From positions 1 to 33,328 of the forward strand of contig CALAVD010000368.1 of assembly GCA_937892085.1 (NCBI GenBank): a DNA stretch of 33,328 nucleotides, written 5' to 3'. Positions 8,345 to 17,528 of the stretch are shown piece after piece. The notes beneath the pieces were generated by a model, which saw only the letters and a program-made list of their open reading frames with translations, did not search any database and was not told the DNA's origin. Both the position numbers and the translations under genes were made by a program. This DNA comes from an uncultured Prevotellaceae bacterium. Lineage in GTDB: Bacteria > Bacteroidota > Bacteroidia > Bacteroidales > Muribaculaceae. Position 1 is the first letter of the stretch, and each line of letters begins with the position of its first letter.

Positions 8345-10897
8345 TTACAGTTGCTTGATTTTGTTTACTGCTTTGTCGGCTTGAATTGCCGGGCCGCTTT
8401 GGTTGCCATTGCGAATGGTAATTCCAGTAGATATCAAAGCCGATAGAGCCTGAGTGACGTTGACGTTTTTGTTTACCGATTTCATCAGAGCCACTACGCC
8501 AGTGACGATGGGTGCCGCCATGCTGGTGCCGTCTTGTGCCTGATAGCGGTTACCAGGAATGGAGCTATAGATGCCCTCGCCAGGGGCTGAGACATAGACG
8601 GTGTTGCCGAAGTTGGACCACTCACTCCTGGTGTTGTTCTTGCCTATCGCCCCCACGTTGATGGTGCTTTTTGACCTCAGTTGTGGTTGCATGGCAGCGA
8701 GCAAGTTGCTGTTGCCAGCGGCAAAGACGATGATGGTGTTTTTCTTGCCAGCCTGCTCAAAGACCCATTTCCACACGTCCTCGGCAGGCTTGAAATAGCT
8801 GCGTGCCACCTCCTTTTGCTCCTCAATGGGCACTATGTTTCCCAGCTCCACAGGATAGGCTGTGCCAATTGAGACGTTCACCACGTCGGCATTGTTGCGA
8901 ATGGCATACATGATGCCGCGTATCACTCCCGAAATGGTGCATTGGCCGTTGTCAAACACTTGCACCGGCATGATTTTGCAGTTGGGGGCTACTCCCGCGG
9001 CACCCTGACTCACATGCGCAGTGTTGCCCGCAGCGAGTCCTGCCACGTGGGTGCCGTGTCCCATGCCAGAGCTCAGGTGGTCATCGCACCGAAACACGTT
9101 GTAGGGTTTGACGATGCGTCCGGCAAACATCTCGTGGCTCAAGTCTAAGCCATCGTCAACAACGGCTACCGTTACGTTAGCATTGCCCTTAGAGACCTGC
9201 CATGCCTGCTTGATGTGGGCGGCGTCGAGGTGCCATCCCTTGGGCAGGTTGGAGCGTGAGCCAGGCATCTGCCCACCAGCCATAATCACTTCATCAACTA
9301 CTTTAAATTTCATTGACGGAATCTTCGAGGGTAGCTCGTCGCGAATCTTGGGGCGTTCCTGTGGCGGAACCTGCACCAGCAGCCAGCGAGTGTTCTTGTC
9401 TTTGCCTATAACCTTGTATTGGTCGCCAGGGTAGTTGCGCTTGAACTCGGTGGCAAACTTTTGGAAGTCGGGATTATCGTTGTCGAAGAAGATGTTGAGG
9501 CGGTCGCTCACTACCTCGGGGCTATGGGGGTCGTCGGGGTTGAGACGGCCGCGGTCGGAGATGGGGTCGCCATTGTCATCAACCAGTGGTGGCGACACTG
9601 GTTCGTCAGAGTCCCAGTCATCGTCGTTAGAGATATCCCTAACGCCACGGCGGTTGCCGTTGTCGTCGATGTAGCGGCCATCGTCGGTGCGTATGCGGTC
9701 TATTTCACGCTGGTCATGGATGATGACGTGCGTGCTACCTTGAATGGTGTCGGTAGTGTCGGCACCCATGATGAGGTCGTGAGTGTCGCGCACGCAGCCG
9801 CCAAAGGTGCCCGTGCATGAAGTGCAGCGGGTGAGCACGATGGCGAGGAGCAAGAGTAGCAGTAGTGCCAGCAATGACATCAGCAGCCAGCGCAGGCAGC
9901 CGTCGCCAAACCACCGTTTCCACCAGGGCAGTTTTGAATATCGTGCCACAAAGGTGGTGTCGCCCATGATAGGCTTGTCCACGGGCTTATCCCATCCTAA
10001 GAAGTTATAGCCATTGCGTGGCGTCACGAGTGGTATCGCCTCAGTAGAGAGAATGGTGCCAGCTGGCACTTCGAACGATGCTGCAGCACCTTTCAAGGCG
10101 CCTAAGCCACCATTGTCAAATGTCACTTGGCACATCTGCGAACCCGGCGGTGGCGGTACTTCGGGAGAGTAAGGTGGCGGAGTCTGTATTTCCTGGCATT
10201 GTGCCACAAAATGCAGGTCTCCGTTGACTTGGGCATTGTTGGGATCGAAAGGCATCCAGCTCACAAACTCGAAGCCTTCGTTTGGAACCACAGCTGGCAC
10301 ATCAATGCCGGGGTGCAGCTTGTAGCCGTGACGTCGCATGAACGATGTGGTGCCCTTGAGGGTGGCGTTATTAGTCTCAAACGATACCCTGTGCAAGCGG
10401 TTGTCCTCAACATTGGTCACGATAGATGTGTTCATGTTTTGCCCAGGCATGGGCATGATGCCCCACACTCCTAATATCACCTGTGAATTGCTCACAAAAG
10501 CCATCTCGTCGATGTCGGTACAGTCGATATACTTGATGAGACAGTTGAAGTAGGGTTGCTCCCACTCTGTGACTTGTGTAGCGAGGTCGCGGAAGTAGGT
10601 AGTGGCTTCGGCGATATATTGCTTAGCTACAAAATACTGAGGTGTGCCAACCAAAGAAGATAGTTTCACGGCATAAGCAAACTCAGGGTCAACATGCCAC
10701 TCGAGCCCGTGCATGGCAGGCTCAAAATAGGGCATGGCGAAGAAATTCTTGTAGCGAGGATTGGTGACATACTTGTCGAGCAATCTCTCAAAGTCGTCTC
10801 GCCGGTTGTAGAACGGTGTGCCACCTAAGTTCTCCACAATGAAGATACTCATGGGTGAGGTGGTGCACAGTCGCACTTTATTTTTCACGTTTGGCAT
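8345..10897 (-). CDS. Membrane-anchored S8 (subtilisin-like) serine peptidase with SrfA-like N-terminal domain and two InlB B-repeat-like domains
   Basis: 850 aa; VAVVDDG, HGTHVAG, FAAGN, GTSMAAP intact; central TM helix WLLMSLLALLLLLLLAIVL; repeats with P..G(F/Y).F..W...D..FVA; N-terminal motifs resemble SrfA as recalled. Confidence 0.85.
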   Translation of the reverse strand: MPNVKNKVRLCTTSPMSIFIVENLGGTPFYNRRDDFERLLDKYVTNPRYKNFFAMPYFEPAMHGLEWHVDPEFAYAVKLSSLVGTPQYFVAKQYIAEATTYFRDLATQVTEWEQPYFNCLIKYIDCTDIDEMAFVSNSQVILGVWGIMPMPGQNMNTSIVTNVEDNRLHRVSFETNNATLKGTTSFMRRHGYKLHPGIDVPAVVPNEGFEFVSWMPFDPNNAQVNGDLHFVAQCQEIQTPPPYSPEVPPPPGSQMCQVTFDNGGLGALKGAAASFEVPAGTILSTEAIPLVTPRNGYNFLGWDKPVDKPIMGDTTFVARYSKLPWWKRWFGDGCLRWLLMSLLALLLLLLLAIVLTRCTSCTGTFGGCVRDTHDLIMGADTTDTIQGSTHVIIHDQREIDRIRTDDGRYIDDNGNRRGVRDISNDDDWDSDEPVSPPLVDDNGDPISDRGRLNPDDPHSPEVVSDRLNIFFDNDNPDFQKFATEFKRNYPGDQYKVIGKDKNTRWLLVQVPPQERPKIRDELPSKIPSMKFKVVDEVIMAGGQMPGSRSNLPKGWHLDAAHIKQAWQVSKGNANVTVAVVDDGLDLSHEMFAGRIVKPYNVFRCDDHLSSGMGHGTHVAGLAAGNTAHVSQGAAGVAPNCKIMPVQVFDNGQCTISGVIRGIMYAIRNNADVVNVSIGTAYPVELGNIVPIEEQKEVARSYFKPAEDVWKWVFEQAGKKNTIIVFAAGNSNLLAAMQPQLRSKSTINVGAIGKNNTRSEWSNFGNTVYVSAPGEGIYSSIPGNRYQAQDGTSMAAPIVTGVVALMKSVNKNVNVTQALSALISTGITIRNGNQSGPAIQADKAVNKIKQL

Positions 10898-10903
10898 AGC
10901 TGT

Positions 10904-10938
10904 TAAATGTTAAGTGTCAAATATTAAGTTTTAAGTTT
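10904..10938. repeat. Heptamer tandem repeat (TAAGTGT-like, 5 copies)
   Basis: taaatgt taagtgt caaatat taagttt taagttt, 6 nt from the minus-strand ATG at 10897. Confidence 0.7.
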
Positions 10939-11017
10939 GCCCCTATGGCGCGTAGTAGGTGAATCGTGGAACGTGGAACGATCCTTCCACCTCCCACCTC
11001 CCACCTTCCACCATAAA

Positions 11018-13831
11018 TTAATTTGTGTCAATCTCATTGATGATTTCTCCGAGGCGCTTATTGGCTTGGATGTCGTAGTCGGGGAGGTCACACGAAAGAA
11101 TGTAGCCCACTTTCAGGTACTCGAGCCAAGTCCACTTGAAGCCGTAGCGTGGCAGCCGCATGAGTGCCTTGCGGTCGCTGTTGGTATATCCTTTCTCACG
11201 CAAGTTGTGGTTGGCGAGGTCGAGTTCTTCGAGCAACTTCACGCCAGTGAGGTCGTTGTGAGATGCCAGCATCTCTTCGCTGATGTTAAGCTTGAGCCTG
11301 GTATTTTTCTCGAGGATATTGCTTAGCTGCTTGCTGTCGATGTAGTCGAAGCCAAAGGTAGTTACAAAGTGATTGAACTCCATTGAGAGGTAATCGGCAA
11401 TGATAGCTACTGCGCTGTCTTTGTCGAAAGTGGTGATGTACTCATCGATGCGCTTTGTGATGCGGTCGTGCATTCCTAAGAAACGGTAGAGCCTGATGAG
11501 GTTTGTGGTCATGTCGCTCACTGCAGGAATGTTGTCTTTGCATTTAGGCACAGCATATTGGGTGAGGAACTCGTCAATCCAGAAGTTCTCAACCATAGTC
11601 GCCACTTGGTTGGCTTGCGAGTTGACCATGCGGTTGGCGTTGAGCAGCTTGTTGATGTCGATGCCCTCGGCCGAGAGCATCTCGGTGCATTCCTCCTCGG
11701 TATCTACTCCCAACGATTCGCACAGCTTCTCAAGGTTCTTGCCGCGCGACGCATCGGTGCTGAGGCCAAACTGCATGAACAGCGCCTTCTCGGCGTCGGG
11801 CATCGATGTAGTGGTGACCGTGTTGTTGATAGCATAGTGGATTTTCTCATATAGGTGAGGCTCGTCAATCATCATGATGTCGAGCATCTTGCCAAAGGCT
11901 GCAGGGTCGCTGCCCTCGATTTTGCCAAGTTGGAGGTTGGCCTGAGCAGCCTGTCGGCGAGCCTTCTTGATTTCGTCATCGGCCGACCCACTGTGGTAAT
12001 ACTTAGTGAGCAAGCTCTTGAGCGATGCCACAAGGCGTGTTATCTCGGTGCCGAACATGTTGTCGCGTGCCTGCTTCACGCGTGGCGCGAGCTGGTTGAG
12101 GGCGCTGATGATGGGCTTGGTGCCGTCGTTGTTGAGAGTTGCAGCGCTGTCCCACGCTTGATTGGCATCAACGAAGTGCTGCTGCACGAAATCGTAGCCC
12201 ACAAAGGAGTCCTTGAGGCACTGCATGAAGTTGGGGAATGCCGCAGGGATAATCTCCTCGGTCTCGGGCGACTTGGTGTTAGGATTATATCCCGCGAACG
12301 ACTTGGTGGAGTACTTGAAGTCGCGCAACATGAAGATGCTGCGGAAGGGGTGACCAGTAGTCCACTGGTTGAACCAGTGCGTCTGATCCTCGTCGGTATT
12401 GGCACGTAGCACTTCTTTCTCGAGCACAATCTTGAAGCGATTGTCCCAACGACGACGCAGCTCCTCGAGCTTAGTGGGGGAGTCGTTGGTCTGATACTCC
12501 AGGTCGAGGTTGAAGAAGGTGCTAATGATGAACAGTGGCGACATCTGTGTGTCGTGCATGAAGGTGTCGCGCTGTGCGGCGCTCTCGCCCACGTTTTTCT
12601 TTACCCACTGCTCCAGGACGATGCCCATCTTGCTCTCGGCGCTCTGCATATTGTTGTGGCACAGCATGAGTGAGCTGATGCGCTTGGTGTCGCTGTAGCG
12701 GTTGAAGAGGTAGGTCACCTTGCCACGTCGCAGCACCACCGATAGGTTCTTGCCGTTAGTGAGTTTCTCGGCTGCCATGTTCTCGGGACGCCGCTCGCCA
12801 GGGAAGTCGAGGATGTCGAGGCACGACAGGAAGTTGCGTGTCTCGCTCTCGAGGGTGGGCAGCGACATGTAAAGCTCGGCGACAAGCGCACTGAGCTCAC
12901 CCTTGCGCATCTCTATCGACATGTTTTGCTGGGTGGTGACAATCGTGGTGGGACGATAGTCGGGAAGCTCTATCTCGCTCTCGTCGTAGATTTCGTCGAG
13001 GCGTGCTACGTCGAGCAGTGTGCCGTGCTTCTTGAGCACAGCGTCGAAGGGGACATACACCGTGGAGTTGAACCTGATGGAACGGTAGGCAGTGATAAGG
13101 GTGTCGAAGAGACGGTTAATCGATGGATTGTCGAACCAGAGCAGCTTGACGGCGGCGATGAGCTGGTCGTCGGTAAGGCGGTTAACGTTGAACAGCAGGA
13201 AGGAGAACAGCCCCGACTCGGGATCGGTGAGGTTGGCGACACGCTGCTTCATGGTGGACTCACGCAGATAGTCGTAAATGTCCATCACATCGTCCTGAGT
13301 GAGGAGGGGCGAGGGGTTAGGCACCGACGACACGTCAACCGAGTCGCAATATTGGCGTATGTAGTCAATTTTCTTGATTTCGGAGTTGTCATAGTCGGTC
13401 TGTGTGTGATAGGCCTCACATAGCACCAATATGATGTCGGCAACCGACAGCAGGCGCGCCTTGAGGTAGCCCTCGGGCACGGCGGGGTCGATATTGGAGG
13501 TGAAGCGTGTCACAACTCCGGTAGCCTCGACTCGCGAATTGGGGTTGCTGGGATTTATCTCGTCGATGAAATTGTATTCACGGCGACCGTCGGTAACGGT
13601 GAAGGGCTTGCCAGGATCGCTCATCAATGCGCTCACAAGATAAGACTTACCCATCTGGCTCTCGCCGAAGGCGGCGGTGGAGCATCTCTCATCGGCGGCA
13701 AACTGAATCTTCTTGAACGCACGTCGCAGGTTCACCAGTTGCTCAAGGTAGTTCTGTCGCTCGCTCTCGGGCACATTCGACTGCCATGAAATGGCTTTCT
13801 CTACGATGTGAAGATATTGATTGATATTCAT
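11018..13831 (-). CDS. srfC: SrfC-family ('putative virulence factor') large P-loop NTPase
   Basis: 937 aa; FGESQMGKSYLVS, FIDEINP..EATGVVTRF, LDILDFPG, LRRGKVTYLFNRY; starts 4 nt after the stop of the SrfB-like gene. Confidence 0.85.
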   Translation of the reverse strand: MNINQYLHIVEKAISWQSNVPESERQNYLEQLVNLRRAFKKIQFAADERCSTAAFGESQMGKSYLVSALMSDPGKPFTVTDGRREYNFIDEINPSNPNSRVEATGVVTRFTSNIDPAVPEGYLKARLLSVADIILVLCEAYHTQTDYDNSEIKKIDYIRQYCDSVDVSSVPNPSPLLTQDDVMDIYDYLRESTMKQRVANLTDPESGLFSFLLFNVNRLTDDQLIAAVKLLWFDNPSINRLFDTLITAYRSIRFNSTVYVPFDAVLKKHGTLLDVARLDEIYDESEIELPDYRPTTIVTTQQNMSIEMRKGELSALVAELYMSLPTLESETRNFLSCLDILDFPGERRPENMAAEKLTNGKNLSVVLRRGKVTYLFNRYSDTKRISSLMLCHNNMQSAESKMGIVLEQWVKKNVGESAAQRDTFMHDTQMSPLFIISTFFNLDLEYQTNDSPTKLEELRRRWDNRFKIVLEKEVLRANTDEDQTHWFNQWTTGHPFRSIFMLRDFKYSTKSFAGYNPNTKSPETEEIIPAAFPNFMQCLKDSFVGYDFVQQHFVDANQAWDSAATLNNDGTKPIISALNQLAPRVKQARDNMFGTEITRLVASLKSLLTKYYHSGSADDEIKKARRQAAQANLQLGKIEGSDPAAFGKMLDIMMIDEPHLYEKIHYAINNTVTTTSMPDAEKALFMQFGLSTDASRGKNLEKLCESLGVDTEEECTEMLSAEGIDINKLLNANRMVNSQANQVATMVENFWIDEFLTQYAVPKCKDNIPAVSDMTTNLIRLYRFLGMHDRITKRIDEYITTFDKDSAVAIIADYLSMEFNHFVTTFGFDYIDSKQLSNILEKNTRLKLNISEEMLASHNDLTGVKLLEELDLANHNLREKGYTNSDRKALMRLPRYGFKWTWLEYLKVGYILSCDLPDYDIQANKRLGEIINEIDTN

Positions 13832-13835
13832 AGTG

Positions 13836-16800
13836 TCAGTTGTTGGTGTTTAATTCGGTGGTTGCAATATTCAAATTAAATTCTCCAGAGTCGAGCCAGT
13901 AGCATTGTGGGTCGTTGATGCTTTGCACTTGCAGCATGAAGTCGTCGCTCTTAAGCTCCTCGCCGTCGTTGCCAGTGACTGAGGCGATGGTGAGGCGCTC
14001 CTTGTCCTCGTCGTAGGCCTCACGCTCTATCTCAAAGGTGAACGGTCCCTTCGTGAGCAGTGCCTTGCGGTAGTCGTTGAGCAGGCGTTGCTGCTGCTCG
14101 GGGGTGAGCACCTTGTTCTTACTGATGCGCTCCTTGATGCGGCGGTTGTCGATTTCGAGCACATAGAACGGCCTGAGCGGATAGATGCCGATGTCAAATT
14201 GCTTGGCACCGATGTAACACGGGAAGGTGTTGATGGTGATGCGGCCGTTGTTGATGGTGGGGGTGATGATGCACTCCTCCTTGGGAATGCCGCCCACTTT
14301 GTAGAAGCTCTCGGTGGTGGGGGTGAGCTTGCCACTCAGGTCACTCAGGTCGAGCGAGAACTCGTTGAGACCTCCTGCCATCGATGCAAGGTACCCAATC
14401 ATGGCACCCACGGGGACGATGCTCTTGGTGTCGTGCATATAGCCGTTCTCGTCCTTGAAGGGGTACCAGCGCCCTATGCGGTACTTGCCTAACACGATGA
14501 GTCGGTTTGGACTCACGGGGAAGTACTTGAGGAAGCAGTCCTTGATGGGCTTGAGCATGGTGGGACGTCCCGAGAGCACCACGATGTCGCAATCGTGGGC
14601 GTAGAGCAATGTGGAAATCGACTCGATGAGTGAGTCGAGCGACTTCTCCACATGCTGTGAGAGCACTTTGTGGTCGTAGGTCCACACCACATCTTGCAGC
14701 TCAAAGCCGAAACATTCCTTGAAGGCTTGGCACACGATGTCGCTGGGCTTGCTGTCGCCAAACATCTCGTCGTAGCCTATCTCGAGGTATCGCTCTCCCT
14801 CGCTCAGCAGGTTGAGGAAGCGGTACATGACGTGGATATTGACTTGCATATTGAAATCGCGACGCATGATGCGATCCTTGAAGGTCATCATGTTGTTGTC
14901 CTGACCGAAGAAGTGGTATAGTATCTTATAAGCCTCTTGGTGGCTCTTGCCGGCTTTCTCGGTGAGGTGACGGTAGAGGATGCCGTTCTCGCTCTCGATA
15001 ATCACGTTGTGCACCAGTTGCTGGAGCATATCGTCGCCAGCTACGTTGAAGCTGTCCCAGTAGATGGGGTCGGGCTTGATTTGCGAGGGGTTAGCCTCGT
15101 TGTAGCGATACTGGCACACCATCACGTCGGTGGTGCCGGCGCCTATGTCCACCGAGCCCACCTTCAAGGTGTCGCACTCCACGCCGTCGATGTCGCGCTT
15201 CTTGCCATAGAGCTTGAAGAAAAGGTCACTGCGATTCTTGTAGCGCTCGCAGAATTGTGCGTAGAGATACACGAACTGTGAGCAGGTGGCCTCGTCATAG
15301 TACCACTGCTTGTTCTCCTCGTCGTCGTAGCGCCGTTGCTGATTTTCAGGAATCACTTGCATCTGCAAGGCTATGCTGTTGCTGTCGATGAGGTGATGAT
15401 AGGAGTTGATGATTTTCACCGCATCGCCAAAGCTACTGTAGAGGGCTTGGCGCTCCACCCGCGACATTGCCGTGGGGCAAGTAATGATCACGCGCTCAAG
15501 GCGGCGTGGCGTGTTGCGCAGGTCGTGGCGCTCACGCGACTGGAAGCTGTTGATTTGGGTAATCGCCTGCTCTATTATCTCGATGAAAGCGAGCGTCATG
15601 AGCGAGCGGCGCGAGTAGTGCGCCCCTATGCCGTAGCCCTCGGCGTTGAACGTGCCGTCGTCGTTGAGGAAGCAGGTGAGACCCTCGATGACGGGCGGCA
15701 GCGAGTTGTTCTCCTCGCCAATGTTGATAAACCGCCACTCGTTCTCGGTGCGCTTGTTGTCCCACAGGTAGCGCTTGGGGCTGGAGTTGGTGGAGAGGGT
15801 CTCAAGACCCAAGTTGAGCGCCGTAGCCTCGTGATTGAGGTAATTGGCCTCACGACCTAACCTGATGATGCTGGGCCACACAAACTGGTTACTGCCCGCG
15901 ATGTTCTTGCCTAACGTCACCTTGCGGAACGCCAGTCGCATGTCGAAGGTCTCCTCTACACGGTTAAGGTCGCCGTTGGGGAGTATCACATGGGTGAAAT
16001 TCTGGAGTCGCAACGGATCTACCTTGGTGAAGTCTTGCGTGAACTTGTTGTTCTCGAAGAGCAGTGCCGAGGTGCGGGAGTTGCCTATGTCGATAATCAT
16101 CTCCACGTTCACGATGTTCACGTCGCGGTCGCGCATGAGCTTCACAGTGGGGAAGAAGTCGGCGAGGCTGCTCAGGTACTTGATGAGCATCAAGTAGGTG
16201 GCGAGGAACTCATATTTGTGCCTGCCGTCCTTGAGCTCGAGCACGTCGAAGTTCTTGGCGTCGGGGTAGGCGATTTCCATCAGGTAGTCGCGCACCCAGT
16301 TGTTGTTCCAGGTGCAGTAGTCGATGAGCTGACGCTCGTTGCCGCACAACCCAAATATCTTCTCGGTCTCGCCGTCGCTCATGAACACGGGAAACTCCTT
16401 GTAAGCGTCGAGGGTGTTGTAACGTGCCTGGGTGTCGAAGGCGAGCACCACGTCGGCGGTAAGGATGCCGGCGTTGGTCTCACGGGGCACAATCATGAAC
16501 TTGCACCAGTTGTAGGGACCCTTCTTATAGTCGCCGGTATCGTCTTTCTCAATAAACGGCATGGGGAGCCACACGTTGAAGTAATGGCTCAGGAACTTGT
16601 TGTTGGCGGCAAGCTTCGAGTAGAAGATGCCAAGGCTGTCCTCCTCGCCCTCGGCAACGTTAAACTGCTGCACCTCGGGATTGGCGAGAATGACCGCCTC
16701 GCTGGTGGTGAGCTTGTTGTCGTTGTCGAGATACCCTTTCTCGCGCAGTTGCGAGGTGAGCACCACAATCTGGTTGCTGAGGGTGTGGGCAAATTCCAGT

Positions 16801-16925
16801 TTCCACTGAAAGCGCTCGTCGTCAAACGACTCGGCAAAGCGGCACTTAAAACCGGCATTGAGGTTGATGTCAATGCGTTTCGACAGTAACTGAATGCCAG
16901 AATTGGCGATTAATGAATAGTCCAT
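13836..16925 (-). CDS. srfB: SrfB-family protein, Hsp70/actin-like ATPase fold
   Basis: 1029 aa; SLIANSGIQ, WLPMPF, GPYNW, VVLAFDT, IDIGNSRT, FVWPSIIRLGREA, SSPKRYLWD, DEATCSQ, DIGAGTTD, LSGRP, YWLDSG, all characteristic of SrfB. Confidence 0.9.
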   Translation of the reverse strand: MDYSLIANSGIQLLSKRIDINLNAGFKCRFAESFDDERFQWKLEFAHTLSNQIVVLTSQLREKGYLDNDNKLTTSEAVILANPEVQQFNVAEGEEDSLGIFYSKLAANNKFLSHYFNVWLPMPFIEKDDTGDYKKGPYNWCKFMIVPRETNAGILTADVVLAFDTQARYNTLDAYKEFPVFMSDGETEKIFGLCGNERQLIDYCTWNNNWVRDYLMEIAYPDAKNFDVLELKDGRHKYEFLATYLMLIKYLSSLADFFPTVKLMRDRDVNIVNVEMIIDIGNSRTSALLFENNKFTQDFTKVDPLRLQNFTHVILPNGDLNRVEETFDMRLAFRKVTLGKNIAGSNQFVWPSIIRLGREANYLNHEATALNLGLETLSTNSSPKRYLWDNKRTENEWRFINIGEENNSLPPVIEGLTCFLNDDGTFNAEGYGIGAHYSRRSLMTLAFIEIIEQAITQINSFQSRERHDLRNTPRRLERVIITCPTAMSRVERQALYSSFGDAVKIINSYHHLIDSNSIALQMQVIPENQQRRYDDEENKQWYYDEATCSQFVYLYAQFCERYKNRSDLFFKLYGKKRDIDGVECDTLKVGSVDIGAGTTDVMVCQYRYNEANPSQIKPDPIYWDSFNVAGDDMLQQLVHNVIIESENGILYRHLTEKAGKSHQEAYKILYHFFGQDNNMMTFKDRIMRRDFNMQVNIHVMYRFLNLLSEGERYLEIGYDEMFGDSKPSDIVCQAFKECFGFELQDVVWTYDHKVLSQHVEKSLDSLIESISTLLYAHDCDIVVLSGRPTMLKPIKDCFLKYFPVSPNRLIVLGKYRIGRWYPFKDENGYMHDTKSIVPVGAMIGYLASMAGGLNEFSLDLSDLSGKLTPTTESFYKVGGIPKEECIITPTINNGRITINTFPCYIGAKQFDIGIYPLRPFYVLEIDNRRIKERISKNKVLTPEQQQRLLNDYRKALLTKGPFTFEIEREAYDEDKERLTIASVTGNDGEELKSDDFMLQVQSINDPQCYWLDSGEFNLNIATTELNTNN

Positions 16926-17008
16926 CTTTGTTCTATAGTTTGATTATGTTTTATCGTAAAATTACTTCTATTACCGTCACTTTCCCCTAAATATTGCAAA
17001 ATCAATGC

Positions 17009-17016
17009 CAAAGTTA
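17009..17016 (-). promoter_or_regulatory. Candidate -7 promoter element for the srf operon
   Basis: Minus strand reads TAACTTTG (TAnnTTTG) about 84 nt upstream of the srfB start; no clear -33 TTTG. Confidence 0.45.
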
Positions 17017-17528
17017 ATGTTTTTTTGTCTTAGACGATATAGATTTCTTTTTTTTAACGAATTGTGCACCATCCTTAATATTCTCTCACACAACAGTGTG
17101 TGCCCATCGCGCAACTCCTTTGTTTTTCACACCTACAGCTGGGCCGATTTGAGACGGCACGCATCAACCTTGAAGTTCCTTACCGCTTGCAGCCAGAAGG
17201 ATTGTAAACCTTTTCACAGGCCTTTTGCCCTGTTTTCGTCACAAGAGGTTAATTTAAAGAATGCCGAAAGTTGGGTATTCCATTGACCAGAAACAGGAGA
17301 TTGACTTATTGATTTGGGATATTAGTTGAATTTTTATTCACACGGCAAATCCGATCCTTGCATTTTTCGTGTTTTTTTGCGTTTTTTGCATACAAGAAAT
17401 GTGTATCATTGATTTAGCTGTTATCTATTTTTTTGTGCATAAACAGCTCAAAATCAATGGTATTAACTTTTTTAACACATTAGCACATCACATTTACTTT
17501 ACACACCGAGGGATAAAAACAAACGACA

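Noticed and set aside
15990..16889. 299-aa plus-strand ORF, and similar long antisense ORFs at 834-1679, 2064-2696, 21734-22603 and 24549-25184
   Set aside because: Antisense shadows of well-supported genes, expected from biased codon usage; no motifs.
17098..17205. GC-richer stretch in the divergent intergenic region reading VPIAQLLCFSHLQLGRFETARINLEVPYRLQPEGL*, and the overlapping 93-aa ORF 17005-17286
   Set aside because: Could be a gene remnant or small RNA, but I recognise no motif and cannot support a call.
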